From positions 938 to 64,937 of the IMG/VR virus record IMGVR_UViG_3300036944_000273: a stretch of DNA of 64,000 nucleotides; one strand, given 5' to 3'. Numbering within the stretch: the first letter of the stretch is position 1; every line of letters starts with the position of its first letter. Below, one piece after another: positions 32,001-38,984 of this stretch. The notes below the pieces were generated by a model. It worked only from the letters and a program-made list of their open reading frames with translations, had not been told where the DNA came from and made no database searches. This stretch comes from a virus (Duplodnaviria; Caudoviricetes). The translations under genes were made by a program, and so were the position numbers.

Positions 32001-32495
32001 GGATACGAAGAAGATGAGGAAGATGAGAAATTAAGATTAAAGAGATACTCTGAGTTGGCGGTAACAAGAATCATAACAGACTTATTATCACCGACTCCAA
32101 ACGTAGGTGACGTTGCTACTGTTGCTGCATTCAATGCATTACTAACAAAGATGCAAGAGGAACCAGAAATGGATCAGGAAGATAAGATGGATATGTTTAA
32201 GCTTTTTGAAAGCAAGCCAGACTCAATGGCTGGGGCAATGGCTGAGTTGTTATTGCAACCAATTGCATCGACAGGTAGACGTGCTGCTGATATCTATACT
32301 ACAATTGACATGGCTGTCGGAGACTATTATGTAACCGATACTGGCAAGGAGATAGAGTTTACAGAAGAAAATAAGAAGTTCTTAAAGATAGCTGCTACTA
32401 TGCAAGTAATGGGTAGCTTGAACTTACTACCATCGGAAGCTGAGTCGCTGGCCAAGAAGATGGTCAAGACGATCGAAAAGAGTGCTAAGGAATAA
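23049..32495 (+). CDS. Giant ejection / large polyvalent protein with lysozyme-like domain
   Basis: 3148 aa; transglycosylase-like AIFKNEQG..ASGTYQM..AAWYS (~23510-23920); GHTRV..LAELQSD; zincin-like TLAHEMSGH..EEKWARGFEKY (~28630). Confidence 0.8.
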   Translation: MSDQIPQLPVPSAEEIKKFKAKVPSVGVSGGTGLPIPSSEDIKKFKAPVVEKKKPMASPSVLEKPAASSVAGLRPMAPLSVSTSTKKPEQLVAPTPVAKPVQAPTQNVSVTGSQGKLLIPDPIQKVPAVKETVTSFKKVPVFKSDKDLALNPELMLKAIFKNEQGTLGKTTSVKASGGMRNTASGTYQMTDETKRDVYNRNKEFQNQFGNYNSFLKEFNKNPSLEFEAALSHMTDLVKQYGKYAMAAWYSPSHAAQAANGNVRALNTVPRKDAGNKMTVKAYYDNAINEYKRLSKGFKGEKDFVKVPVKTEVIKQPAVNVPSLEKFNVLNPNWYGGPVTNEAKPAVAPKKVGAIEDINNRFLSSASNLASGIAGLPNAANKAGLMMTAKLLGIDDEYNALPVQAKKEVDAVVSNIAQKGGVPSGVVSSQVQDYFIRKSDEFLENTNKSDKYINERFGDFFKAPSVDKATDLFLEIPRGFAGSLPYMINPLLGAISAGSEQYNKDIKEADGKLGWGQLVNAGVTGVSEYYIEKITKGILNRSVASAIGVPKVAKELADGFVKSVLKDVGMESAGEGLTQLIQSVSNDITKGNEIDWVKTANETLDAAITGAGIAGGMRTTGAGIGYLAKKVMPPSEKNEIDRNTRAIMDLNSKKGPDNSPEVNAVIDSRVKELDDVNKNIINTNIDKVKSMSDDQLKEIVNIDKGISDIYTQRDAVVSNENLNDEEKQSLLDYLKSRATKLNEQKDAIQKQTTSEVPIQPEAGAGVQVAEGESQAKPQVAAKEGQEVVDITASIPKQDLPKVMDLVGKIEKGEQASSPEDLQTQQNYAKEVEALLAKRAADVKAVEYSFDVNTPTKFNESEMPEVSVDNIDWEASGMGNVYDAIDSYGGINDITVVDVRGKNADGLYEAKVRVKGQDVSREGVVLLKDPNAQQKPRVARKKNVSPEFLAVEKVLSDNGVYPSFDNVEEIVKITKGKAGNITQQDVQDVVKVYNKKAKAIADAFNKQKPNENIQAKKPRADVAAEETTQGTQPEAGATEQPAQAISKRQEIKSSLENLKDVGLLRSAITGKKDISQGEIDSQMALTDAMANVWRETTGRDDFYENFFNDVSQGDIDSIMEKGGVLFQNIELPQRPLTRVSLGVFDLLEFKKMEGQEVSINSVKDLARTRGKQIEKDLMQTVLDYDKYKEAKKISYDEFKSDVEMQVMKLEKIVTSSYASYGADNLGDDGVYGDANTIIYNSPIDHGEYGHFRGDFKYSGIKKNISDFDNTEWEIKQIPGTDQYVAVDKSMPDNVSQDQLSNYIGTAGNKESVERWVSQRNLWQMTNEQARQGDVNVGLFGHTRVWYDEGNPYYLAELQSDYFQKNDPNDLYASQVDREEGIDYAYEKYNKEHRPEVLKEIKKALNVKIEIENRGKGEEKYSWAKAYVYKDNGDKLIESPVYEQLRADGGSMDNEDWDEFLLNEVGGTLLLQRPFNSEKTKKEIEELLNNDPESLRTIGYRYKSLDKTYTEAKYELIQQYRNEYTKNEIEKIKNSEKGVSMLKQFVASQKVHELRLLRESFRNAAQEGAETLRFPTPFTLAVIEGYVNKPGENGAPYEIVSGNSDRLYQGDIIDYGGTEMVVVGQDGLRIMVAPRDEVQIYDYYDYVNSEVEYFLDETLSYLRRDFNDVNNITESDIENFDFENLDWQASDTQDILLAAINDSETGIISLKDVEEKIEDAIRSSFDNLSVGDLFMGDEIYSDGDQTYYVIERRNQVETFYQPDEYDDTTDPDLYEANLGDAQKTVVNKYKELNKIFKKMRPDAEVITDDNGMQWLETKLTPEDANNPLIAFQEEGGNIKGAVDFSNDNKASVYMFDGADITTLAHEMSGHLGRRFLEQLSSVDEDFAKDYEAAKEWAGVRDNQWTIAAEEKWARGFEKYLRDGKAPTKALKSVFDNLRDWLKNIYKYIKGSSIDIELTPQITKVFDNLLGARSEDVGIKELPGYDRMMGEVEGIVDKSFKRGVSYNQTLENALSYLSTSKVYEDATDIQREAMVREIRKMFKQKEKKAPTVQKILGQEPTLTTVVIDEAKEINKRLKALDAAETAGRKKGYKEGTKESEDAKKDIIDIVRSMKVNNKISGSQFKAIVNALKGNLLNPVIRKRVEERIAKIINRANYADQLERANKLSKAIKKASKSNTLPANIAKMARNFGKIKPNSVPNIEEYMDMATLVYDSIGKPMRSIASEDMINEYTELRLQEARDAKNDVLAEQYKALVDGGILPSGMPLKEIQDYILSVEQKKAQEISKEKEKEMRANLKAVFEALSDISNTIVTEGINPLTGEEIEVSAEDKKMIQEFTNMDLDKLSIPSAYRAQEALMNYVINGKKFGMRSILAKYQGQENVKIAVDKGLKAADFRWAVGGSWWGSRKWAKEVESIPGLFTWLFRGRNRGGEMMKLMGLDEFMAGAAEGKLKRIEAENEYIAKFLNKKPNGKRFNNINNTYERLVYAYLSRTVDGTPEQKQDEFDRRKRILLQNVQAMYQSRNKELIEEGKVLEKELNKVKNAKTSSEMQGKFDKINEEAVQFISNKFDQNFDFVEDVAEGVYNLILNKDELYTPDMFRSIVEKDVNVAEAQETVDLPFDLLNKKPAGTMMENKRIQNLPGYDVENKDASNVEKILRLDFDASSFNALEKALVDANTAEAVQKYSAFVNSKDFIKLFDNIKDQQLFKEIVNFYINNERGKIGYKSDWKAVQNFTNRIKSLSTYRALGSLTAIVKQSASAAINTAINLSNDPYAMKQVANAMFFNSDIQDFISRNRSEINLRGAESTADIKSAEKLIRDSKYQTVNDVLDTVDKLGRFQMKSLAAGDVPLARASWFGYYIHALKKEGKPYNNIDWATENIDKDALAYANREVSLNQNASMPSTMGRAFASKNPATKLIMAYVFPYTSFLFNAKSRLKTDITVLTSKLATAEDKQAAGRSMVATLAELPAYIMMQTAINYGLVTLANMFLGYEEDEEDEKLRLKRYSELAVTRIITDLLSPTPNVGDVATVAAFNALLTKMQEEPEMDQEDKMDMFKLFESKPDSMAGAMAELLLQPIASTGRRAADIYTTIDMAVGDYYVTDTGKEIEFTEENKKFLKIAATMQVMGSLNLLPSEAESLAKKMVKTIEKSAKE
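23200..23243 (+). promoter_or_regulatory. Candidate -1 ribosomal frameshift signal
   Basis: A10 run containing in-frame A_AAA_AAG (23204-23210); hairpin TGG-C-TTCTCC/GGAGAA-A-CCA at 23215-23243. Confidence 0.65.
25282..25407 (+). CDS. Nested out-of-frame small basic protein MPFKSKQQVKFLFSQKPELASKWRKENPKQNLKSLPKKVKK
   Basis: +1 frame inside the giant gene; A-rich upstream; resembles the MPFKS..Q..(P)E.A..W small phage protein family. Confidence 0.6.
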   Translation: MPFKSKQQVKFLFSQKPELASKWRKENPKQNLKSLPKKVKK

Positions 32496-32521
32496 AAATG
32501 GGGACCAAGAGTCCCCTTTTT
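32496..32521. terminator. Bidirectional terminator between convergent modules
   Basis: GGGGAC-CAAGA-GTCCCC with A-run before and T-run after. Confidence 0.75.
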
Positions 32522-32547
32522 AATTTAACAACCTCACGCAAAATGAA

Positions 32548-32901
32548 TTATGAAAGAAAACGCAATTTATAAATTGTAGTATTAATGAGCTCTAGCATAT
32601 TGTCAACTAACTGCTGAAGATATCCTTCAGTAAGCATGCCACGATATTTCTCAATCTCTGTAGCTTTGCCTTTTAGATAAGTAACCATGTCACCACCTTC
32701 TGTAATTTTAAAACTCTTGTACCCTTTAACGATACCATACTCGCCTTGGTAAGCCTCAGCGTATGCATCTAATTGGTCCTCTAGACCATCGTACAATTCA
32801 CCTAAAGCTTTGTGCTCTGCATATGAACTTGTTTGTAGGTGAGCAATATGTGTCACCACTGTAATCTCAAATAATGAGCTTAAAAATTCTCCGCAATTCA
32901 T
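32548..32901 (-). CDS. Ferritin-like four-helix protein (DUF5856-like)
   Basis: HIAHLQTSSYAEHKALGELYD..AEAYQGEYG..YKLRFL. Confidence 0.75.
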   Translation of the reverse strand: MNCGEFLSSLFEITVVTHIAHLQTSSYAEHKALGELYDGLEDQLDAYAEAYQGEYGIVKGYKSFKITEGGDMVTYLKGKATEIEKYRGMLTEGYLQQLVDNMLELINTTIYKLRFLS

Positions 32902-33116
32902 TAGTCTATTAATTTAGAAATAAAACTTCTTGGCACGACATCCTCAGGATTCTTCTTGCCACGTGAAATAGCATTGCTTAATTCAACCTCGCTCAATAGC
33001 AATGGCTTGTAGCCAGCTTGGTCCTTAATCCAAATGCAAACGTACTCATCTTTCTCAAGATGACTCTTCTTTGATTTGTTCTTAACAGTGTTTAGTTTAC
33101 CTAGTCTTGTTCCCAT
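32901..33116 (-). CDS. Hypothetical protein
   Basis: 71-aa ORF; TAACTTTG box on minus strand at 33121-33128. Confidence 0.55.
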   Translation of the reverse strand: MGTRLGKLNTVKNKSKKSHLEKDEYVCIWIKDQAGYKPLLLSEVELSNAISRGKKNPEDVVPRSFISKLID

Positions 33117-33125
33117 AATGCAAAG

Positions 33126-34322
33126 TTACAATTTCTTTTCTAATTCAAAATAATAGTCAGTATGAGATATCTCTCCGCTGAACTTAGGAATAGTCTGAAT
33201 TGAGTAGCCACTATAGCAATCACCAAAGTTATGCTGTACCCATGCAGATGGCGGAGCAAATGTCATGTAGTTACGATAGTCAAACTTCTTTGTTCTGTCG
33301 TATCCCACACGATGCAAGTCCCCCTTCTCTAAATGGATATACTTTGAGCGAATGTTATAATGGTCGATGTAATCGTTAATGAATGACACAGCCTTATCAT
33401 TTAGATTGTAAGGCAAGCCTTTGAACATGTGCTTGGCATCTTTGCCATGCGTAAGAATAAATGTATGGTCACCATACTCAAAGTGCTCCATGAACCGGTT
33501 AAGAATATGAAACTTAACATCGTCCTGTGAATAAGTGCGGTTAAGTATCATCTGTATCGTCATGTTGGCTATGCCTGCAAAACTTCCTGCGTGGTTATCG
33601 TTAGCCACGTTGCGAACAATCACCTCGTTGGCTATGCCTGCTTGGATGCAATTCTCGATAAGATTGAGCTTGCCTTCAACAAACACACGGAACATATCCT
33701 CGTTGGACATATTCTGATCTAGCGGGTGGCCTCCTCTCGTAGTATGACCATTGTAACCATCCAAGCCGTCACCAAGATCGTCGATAACCAAAACATCAAA
33801 CTTGCCGTTTGCTGCGTGCTCCTTGCATAGGGATCGAAATACCTTGTCAAGGTTGTCTTTAAATATCTTTTCATTGTACTCGTAAGCGAATAGTGAGTTG
33901 TTACCAGGGTTAGGCTCAAGTCCAACGTGCATGTCGGAGACGGTCGCTTTAATTGCCACAGGAGAGTCGATAACTGACTTCTCTATAGTTCGGAGCTTAT
34001 CTGGATTATAGTTGCTGACGATGTCACGAATGACGTCTACCATGGCTTCTGCTTGCTCGTTGTCGGAGACTTTAACAAATGCAGAGTGGGTTTTTGTTTT
34101 TACCCAGTAGTGCGACACGTTTGTGATTGGTGCACCTACGTTATCACACTCATCTTTGAGGCCGGAGTGTTCGTGCTCAATTATAGTTCTTGAAATCCTT
34201 TTGCGTAGTGTTTCGGTGTCTGCTTCGAGATTAAACTTTTCTTTTACTTGTCTAGCAATCTCAGCTTTAGTCTTGTTCCCTTCTTGGTACAACTCTAGAG
34301 CGTACTTGATGTAGTCTGTCAT
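33126..34322 (-). CDS. Calcineurin-like metallophosphoesterase with N-terminal HTH
   Basis: SDMHVG, DLGDGLDG, NDNH, THG, GDLH motifs; KAEIARQV HTH-like start. Confidence 0.8.
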   Translation of the reverse strand: MTDYIKYALELYQEGNKTKAEIARQVKEKFNLEADTETLRKRISRTIIEHEHSGLKDECDNVGAPITNVSHYWVKTKTHSAFVKVSDNEQAEAMVDVIRDIVSNYNPDKLRTIEKSVIDSPVAIKATVSDMHVGLEPNPGNNSLFAYEYNEKIFKDNLDKVFRSLCKEHAANGKFDVLVIDDLGDGLDGYNGHTTRGGHPLDQNMSNEDMFRVFVEGKLNLIENCIQAGIANEVIVRNVANDNHAGSFAGIANMTIQMILNRTYSQDDVKFHILNRFMEHFEYGDHTFILTHGKDAKHMFKGLPYNLNDKAVSFINDYIDHYNIRSKYIHLEKGDLHRVGYDRTKKFDYRNYMTFAPPSAWVQHNFGDCYSGYSIQTIPKFSGEISHTDYYFELEKKL

Positions 34323-34476
34323 TCTGTAGTTTAATTAGGTATTCGATTAGAATTGAGGTAGAGTCGTAAAGATCTTCGTACTCTTTATCGATAAGTGATT
34401 CGTAGATTTCGTCGGTCAGTTTATTGATGAAACGTAATGTTTCATTTGTAAAATCAATATGTTCCTTGTCCTTCAT
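34267..34476 (-). CDS. Hypothetical protein
   Basis: 69-aa acidic ORF overlapping the next gene. Confidence 0.5.
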   Translation of the reverse strand: MKDKEHIDFTNETLRFINKLTDEIYESLIDKEYEDLYDSTSILIEYLIKLQNDRLHQVRSRVVPRREQD

Positions 34477-34481
34477 TCAAT

Positions 34482-34524
34482 AAAAAAAACAGGGGAACTG
34501 CCAACCAACTAAACAGCTCCCCTT
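34482..34524 (-). terminator. Terminator-like hairpin downstream of tRNA-like elements
   Basis: Minus strand GGGGAGCTG...CAGTTCCCC-TG-T8. Confidence 0.6.
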
Positions 34525-34591
34525 ATAATCACATTTAACCGTGATAAATTTAGTGAATAAAATAATAAGTTGTATACTTTTTGAAAAAAAA

Positions 34592-34711
34592 TAGTCAGGA
34601 CAGGACTCGAACCTGTACGAAGAGTATGTGTGTCTCTTCTCCTATGGGTTTACCTCAAGGGTTTCCACCTGCCATCGCACGTTGTAGCGTCTACCATTCC
34701 GCCACCTGACT
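34592..34711 (-). ncRNA. tRNA-like element (Leu-type D-arm) with expanded non-canonical anticodon region, 120 nt
   Basis: Acceptor AGTCAGG/CCTGACT, D-arm GCGGAATGGTAGACGC, T-arm ACAGG-TTCGAGT-CCTGT, variable hairpin GAAGAG/CTCTTC; about 46 nt replaces the 17-nt anticodon arm. Confidence 0.7.
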
Positions 34712-34721
34712 ATTTTTTTTT

Positions 34722-34795
34722 AATCGAGTGCCCGATTCGAACGAGCATTACCCTCAGCCTCGAGGAGGGCGTGTTACCATTTACACCAACCCAAT
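34722..34795 (-). tRNA. Atypical tRNA with a 9-nt anticodon loop (identity unclear)
   Basis: ATTGGGT/ACTCGAT acceptor, GTGT/ACAC D-stem, CCCTC-CTCGAGGCT-GAGGG, GCTCG-TTCGAAT-CGGGC. Confidence 0.7.
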
Positions 34796-34898
34796 CAATA
34801 ATTCTAGCGTTTCAATTATTGAGTCTACTGTAATATCGATAGAATGAATATCAAACTCAGCACTCGACCCATTCTCATGAACCACATAAAAATAAATA

Positions 34899-35189
34899 CT
34901 ATTTCCTTTTTGCATTTTTAGCAGCGAGTATGAACTCAGTTAGAGATTCAATAGTATCAAAATAAAACCGGTAATAGTCAAACAACTCAACTGTCCAATT
35001 CTTATTAACAGCCTCGTCGTTTGCACAAGAGATAAGACACATAGAATATCTATCGTCATCATCTCCGAATAAAGAATGCACATAATAGTAGAAGTCATTA
35101 TCTCCACCATGTTCTTCCTTACTAACAAATACCATCTTGAAGTCCAAGTCTACTAAGTCTTGCTCCACTATTGGATGAGTCTTTATCAT
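34899..35189 (-). CDS. Hypothetical protein
   Basis: 96-aa AT-rich ORF within the operon. Confidence 0.55.
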   Translation of the reverse strand: MIKTHPIVEQDLVDLDFKMVFVSKEEHGGDNDFYYYVHSLFGDDDDRYSMCLISCANDEAVNKNWTVELFDYYRFYFDTIESLTEFILAAKNAKRK

Positions 35190-35491
35190 TGCTTTATGAA
35201 TACACCGTTGTTAGTTTTGCCCTTACGATCCTTAATTTCATTCCATGCTACATTCAATACTTCTTGTGGTGTTACCCCACATTGTAATGTCAAGATAATT
35301 AATGTTACAAATGTATCCCCTAATCCATCGATTAGTTCATCACGCTGGTTCTTGCTGATAGCTGAGGCAGCCTCGCCTAACTCCTCAATAACTTTTACAA
35401 ACTGAGACTTAACATAGTCAGGATTAATTAATCCCTTATCGTCAGCCCATCCATGTACGTTTTCAATCAATTGGTCAAATGTCAATTCCAT
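35186..35491 (-). CDS. MazG-like nucleotide pyrophosphohydrolase
   Basis: QFVKVIEELGE..DGLGDTFVTL..AWNEIKDRKG. Confidence 0.85.
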   Translation of the reverse strand: MELTFDQLIENVHGWADDKGLINPDYVKSQFVKVIEELGEAASAISKNQRDELIDGLGDTFVTLIILTLQCGVTPQEVLNVAWNEIKDRKGKTNNGVFIKQ

Positions 35492-35828
35492 AAGTTTTAA
35501 GTAATATATTTAATTGTGTGTCAAACCCTTGGGCTTTCACCTCGTCTAACTCTTGAAGCTTCAGTCCAACTCTAAAAAACTCAAGCATTCTATCGGCCGC
35601 CTCCACGTGTTGCTCGGCTGCTCGATCCCAATCTTCCTTCGTGCAATCTGACATAGGTAGCACTCGGTCGATTTGTTTATTGATAGTTCTTGTCAAGTCC
35701 CATACTCTTTCTTTTACGATGGGCTTATTGAACGGCTTGGCCTCGAAGTCTATGTCCGTTGCTAAGTCATACGTTGCCTGCATCAATGCCAGGAACGTAA
35801 GTGCCTTGTCTTTCTCAGTCGTTGTCAT
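35475..35828 (-). CDS. Hypothetical protein
   Basis: 117-aa ORF overlapping its neighbours. Confidence 0.6.
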   Translation of the reverse strand: MTTTEKDKALTFLALMQATYDLATDIDFEAKPFNKPIVKERVWDLTRTINKQIDRVLPMSDCTKEDWDRAAEQHVEAADRMLEFFRVGLKLQELDEVKAQGFDTQLNILLKTYGIDI

Positions 35829-36051
35829 GAGTGAATTTTTCTAAAGCTTTCTCAAACTGAGACTTAGTAATTCTTTTCCACTCGTGGCGACGAAGACGAT
35901 CTTCAAGTCTGTCCATGTAACTGCCAAGTAATTGGCGTTTACGTCCCTGCCATTGCTTAGAGTAGTAATCGTGGTTCAGGGTGTCGTAGTTAATCTCTAC
36001 TACTTCTGCTCCATCTTTTGATTTGTACCGGTTAATGTTTTGCTTTTTCAT
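35815..36051 (-). CDS. Hypothetical protein
   Basis: 78-aa ORF, ATGA overlap. Confidence 0.55.
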   Translation of the reverse strand: MKKQNINRYKSKDGAEVVEINYDTLNHDYYSKQWQGRKRQLLGSYMDRLEDRLRRHEWKRITKSQFEKALEKFTHDND

Positions 36052-36422
36052 GTGTAACTGTAGTTTATTAAAATACGTTTTAATTCTTTATTCTTAATTA
36101 ATTCTTTACCTTCTAGTAAGCAATCCAGAAACTCATCGACATCAATCTTCTCTAGTGAGTCAACGACAATCATATCTCTATCTTTCTCGTCTTCATCTAG
36201 AGCAATTACTCCATGTCCAATCTCTAGTTTAAAATACTCAACGGTATCGCCAATGATAGGGAATACAATTTCTGTCTCTTCTTCAAACTGATTATCGAAA
36301 TGCGATATGGCATCCATGAACTGGTCGAACACATCATCCTCAAATGATTCAATCCATTTGAATACACTCGTTGGCATGATAACCAACTCAACTCCCTCTA
36401 AATACTTCACAACGGAATCCAT
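36048..36422 (-). CDS. Acidic hypothetical protein
   Basis: Likely start MDSVVKYL; the upstream part of the ORF-track call is a shadow of the VRR-NUC gene. Confidence 0.55.
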   Translation of the reverse strand: MDSVVKYLEGVELVIMPTSVFKWIESFEDDVFDQFMDAISHFDNQFEEETEIVFPIIGDTVEYFKLEIGHGVIALDEDEKDRDMIVVDSLEKIDVDEFLDCLLEGKELIKNKELKRILINYSYT

Positions 36423-36630
36423 ATTCTTGTAGTTCTTTAAGTCTATACTCCTGTAATTTTGATAACCTACCTTCTGGTGTTTTGACCTCAGAGAACAAGA
36501 CTCCTTTGTCAGGGTGCAAAGCCAAGATATCAGGAAGGCCATTCTTGTTTGCCTTGATAATCTTGATGACGTAGTATCCTTCTGCTTCAAGTTGCTTGAT
36601 TCTTTTAGATTGTATTTGTTGCTCAGTCAT
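36388..36630 (-). CDS. VRR-NUC nuclease
   Basis: MTEQQIQ..G.PDIL..FSEVKTPEGRLSKLQ. Confidence 0.88.
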   Translation of the reverse strand: MTEQQIQSKRIKQLEAEGYYVIKIIKANKNGLPDILALHPDKGVLFSEVKTPEGRLSKLQEYRLKELQEYGFRCEVFRGS

Positions 36631-36633
36631 GCG

Positions 36634-37866
36634 TTACGAAGATAAAAAATCTTTCTTGAAATAAGATAAGGTGTAATCCTTTTTTTCTTGCACAGCTTGA
36701 TAAATCTTATCCTCAATACCACCCTTAGAGAATATCCAATAGACATTATTGAACTTACGATCGATCGTTGTCATCCTATCCCTTGACTGCCAATAAGATA
36801 CAGCTGAGAAGTCTATGTTAAAGTATACCAACACATCTGCATTGCGGAGGCTGATGCCCTCACGTCCACTAACAATCTGAAGGGCAATGTTCTTATCGGT
36901 CGCATTAAACTCATCAAGATCATCGGTGATGTTGTCACCATAAACTTGCTTAAGCAAATCCCACTCAGCCTTAAACTTGTAAAAGATTCCAATCTTTTTG
37001 CCACCGAAAGCTTGCAGTATAAACTGAGCCTTGCTATCATCAATAACTTGTCTCTTGCCTGACTCGAGGATGATGGTACCGCTGTACATCTGATGTAACT
37101 TGTTCATCAATTTAGCCCCAGTGTCGGCCAATATTACATCGTCCTTACCTTGGATGACTAAGTCTTTCTTTAGTCTGTCGCATAGTGCATACGTAGATGC
37201 CTTCATCGGAACTCGGTATATACTTTCGGTGATACTGGATTCAAAACCTGCCTCCTCCTGCGTATAGTTAATCATCAATGGATCAACCTTAGCTGATATC
37301 TTTTCTTTTAACGCAGCTGAGTAGTCGTTGACCTTCATTGCTCCAATGTACTTAATCTTTACACTGACGTGATCGTTAGCCCATCGGTAGAAGTTAATGT
37401 ACTCCTTGAATGGATTGTTAGGATGCACGTACAATTGATGGTACATCTGACTATGCGACTCAGGTGTTGGTGTGCCCGACAAGAATATAACCTTAGACTT
37501 ATACTTTTTAACTAAGTCTTTTACTTGCTTGGCACGCTTGCTTGGCTTAGGGAATGCTCCTAAGGTGTGAGCTTCATCACAGATAATTACATCAAAGTTT
37601 AAACCTTTAAGTTTATGCAACGACTCATAATTTAAACACGTAAGTTTAAATGAGCAGTTAAGTGCCTTATGGTCCTTCTCAATACCTGATATAACTTTCT
37701 TCTTAGTTATGAAGAGAACATCGTTAGCAGCTATTGCATCACATATCGTTAGTGATGTTGCTGTCTTGCCTGTCCTCACCTCCATAGCCAAATAGAGCAG
37801 TCCATTTGTACTTAAAATCTTTGCACCTTGGCCTACGATTTTACGTTGGTAATCCCTTAGTTCCAT
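36634..37866 (-). CDS. SF2 (SNF2/DEAH-like) helicase
   Basis: LRDYQ, MEVRTGKT, DEAH, LSGTP, GREGISL, QSRDR. Confidence 0.88.
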   Translation of the reverse strand: MELRDYQRKIVGQGAKILSTNGLLYLAMEVRTGKTATSLTICDAIAANDVLFITKKKVISGIEKDHKALNCSFKLTCLNYESLHKLKGLNFDVIICDEAHTLGAFPKPSKRAKQVKDLVKKYKSKVIFLSGTPTPESHSQMYHQLYVHPNNPFKEYINFYRWANDHVSVKIKYIGAMKVNDYSAALKEKISAKVDPLMINYTQEEAGFESSITESIYRVPMKASTYALCDRLKKDLVIQGKDDVILADTGAKLMNKLHQMYSGTIILESGKRQVIDDSKAQFILQAFGGKKIGIFYKFKAEWDLLKQVYGDNITDDLDEFNATDKNIALQIVSGREGISLRNADVLVYFNIDFSAVSYWQSRDRMTTIDRKFNNVYWIFSKGGIEDKIYQAVQEKKDYTLSYFKKDFLSS

Positions 37867-37870
37867 GTTA

Positions 37871-38128
37871 TTATTTTTTTTCAAAATATTTCATTGCTAT
37901 GTAGTGCATACTGATACTTCCTATTACAGAACCTACCAAGTAAGAAATCATTAATTCTGGTTTATCTAAATTAGAAACAACATTCCTAATTACTAACAAC
38001 CAAATTCCATTACTCAAAACAGATGCAATAGCATGATAAGAAATGCTATTACTATTTCTTGCCCTGCTAATTAAAGTAAAACTTGCATTTTGCAAGATTG
38101 TTAACCCAATCATTTGTAATATTTCCAT
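37871..38128 (-). CDS. Small multi-pass membrane protein
   Basis: Three hydrophobic segments; AT-rich insert. Confidence 0.6.
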   Translation of the reverse strand: MEILQMIGLTILQNASFTLISRARNSNSISYHAIASVLSNGIWLLVIRNVVSNLDKPELMISYLVGSVIGSISMHYIAMKYFEKK

Positions 38129-38129
38129 A

Positions 38130-38318
38130 TTAGCGGTGCCAAGCTCTACGTTTCTTATCTTTTTTATCTTCTAGTGGCCAAAATCTTTCACATTTTTCTT
38201 CACCATCTTCGGGCTGGAAATCTATGTAAGATTGATAATCACTAGGTTCTGCCTTGTATCTATAACATAAGTTACGTGACAGGCATTCTTCGTTCAAACA
38301 CATTGAAATATCTGGCAT
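38130..38318 (-). CDS. Small Cys-rich protein (MPDISMC family)
   Basis: MPDISMC..C....CYRY..C. Confidence 0.6.
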   Translation of the reverse strand: MPDISMCLNEECLSRNLCYRYKAEPSDYQSYIDFQPEDGEEKCERFWPLEDKKDKKRRAWHR

Positions 38319-38319
38319 A

Positions 38320-38568
38320 TCAAAAAAAGTCTGTGTAGATTAAAATAGGTGCGTTCTCAATGTAAGGTACAGCCCTAGCTGTATTATACTCATAGTATTC
38401 AATAGCTTCGTCAGGCTCCATGCCTTGTTCAACAAAGCAATCAACGATGTCGTTAATTGAATACACGAGCCGTTCTGCATTTTGGTCTACGCCAATCACA
38501 GCGTTGTCCAATCCATCCAATATAACAAATGGGTAGTCAGGGTAATTATCTAATATCTGTTGGAGCAT
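38320..38568 (-). CDS. Conserved acidic phage protein
   Basis: DGLDNAVIGV..LVYS..EAIEYYEYN..PI, a widespread phage family. Confidence 0.7.
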   Translation of the reverse strand: MLQQILDNYPDYPFVILDGLDNAVIGVDQNAERLVYSINDIVDCFVEQGMEPDEAIEYYEYNTARAVPYIENAPILIYTDFF

Positions 38569-38821
38569 CTAAGTATCTGTTTATAGCGTTAGTTAATTGC
38601 TTGTAATCTATTGCGTAGGCTGTCTTAATATTAAAATGCCTACGTTGGTACATCCATTTCTCCGGCATCTCAAAAAACTGTATGACTAGATAGTGGTACT
38701 CACCCGATGCCTTAAGCACCATAAGGTTGTGCGAATCATTGACATTAATGAAGGGTAAATCTCTTTCCTTGAGATACTTCTTCGTCTTATTAATCAGACT
38801 TTTTGTTGTGTTATTTGCCAT
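38546..38821 (-). CDS. Hypothetical protein
   Basis: 91-aa ORF. Confidence 0.5.
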   Translation of the reverse strand: MANNTTKSLINKTKKYLKERDLPFINVNDSHNLMVLKASGEYHYLVIQFFEMPEKWMYQRRHFNIKTAYAIDYKQLTNAINRYLDAPTDIR

Positions 38822-38984
38822 TGTATTTTAAGATTGGTATATACTTTGGGTATATGGTTACGCCATTATACTGAGGCTGAATCGTATAACTCCGAGTATA
38901 GTCAGGAGTCTTAACTGGCTCCGGCATATCAGGTGCCTGGCACGATGATACGATGATTGCAAGGGCGATTAGTTTATTTGCCAT
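38811..38984 (-). CDS. Small putative lipoprotein
   Basis: MANKLIALAIIVSS-C lipobox-like signal. Confidence 0.5.
   Translation of the reverse strand: MANKLIALAIIVSSCQAPDMPEPVKTPDYTRSYTIQPQYNGVTIYPKYIPILKYNGK

Noticed and set aside
34630-34833. Plus-strand 67-aa ORF
   Set aside because: Antisense to the two tRNA-like elements in a minus-strand region
36423-36590. N-terminal extension of ORF 36048-36590
   Set aside because: Overlaps the VRR-NUC gene in another frame; the likely start is 36422
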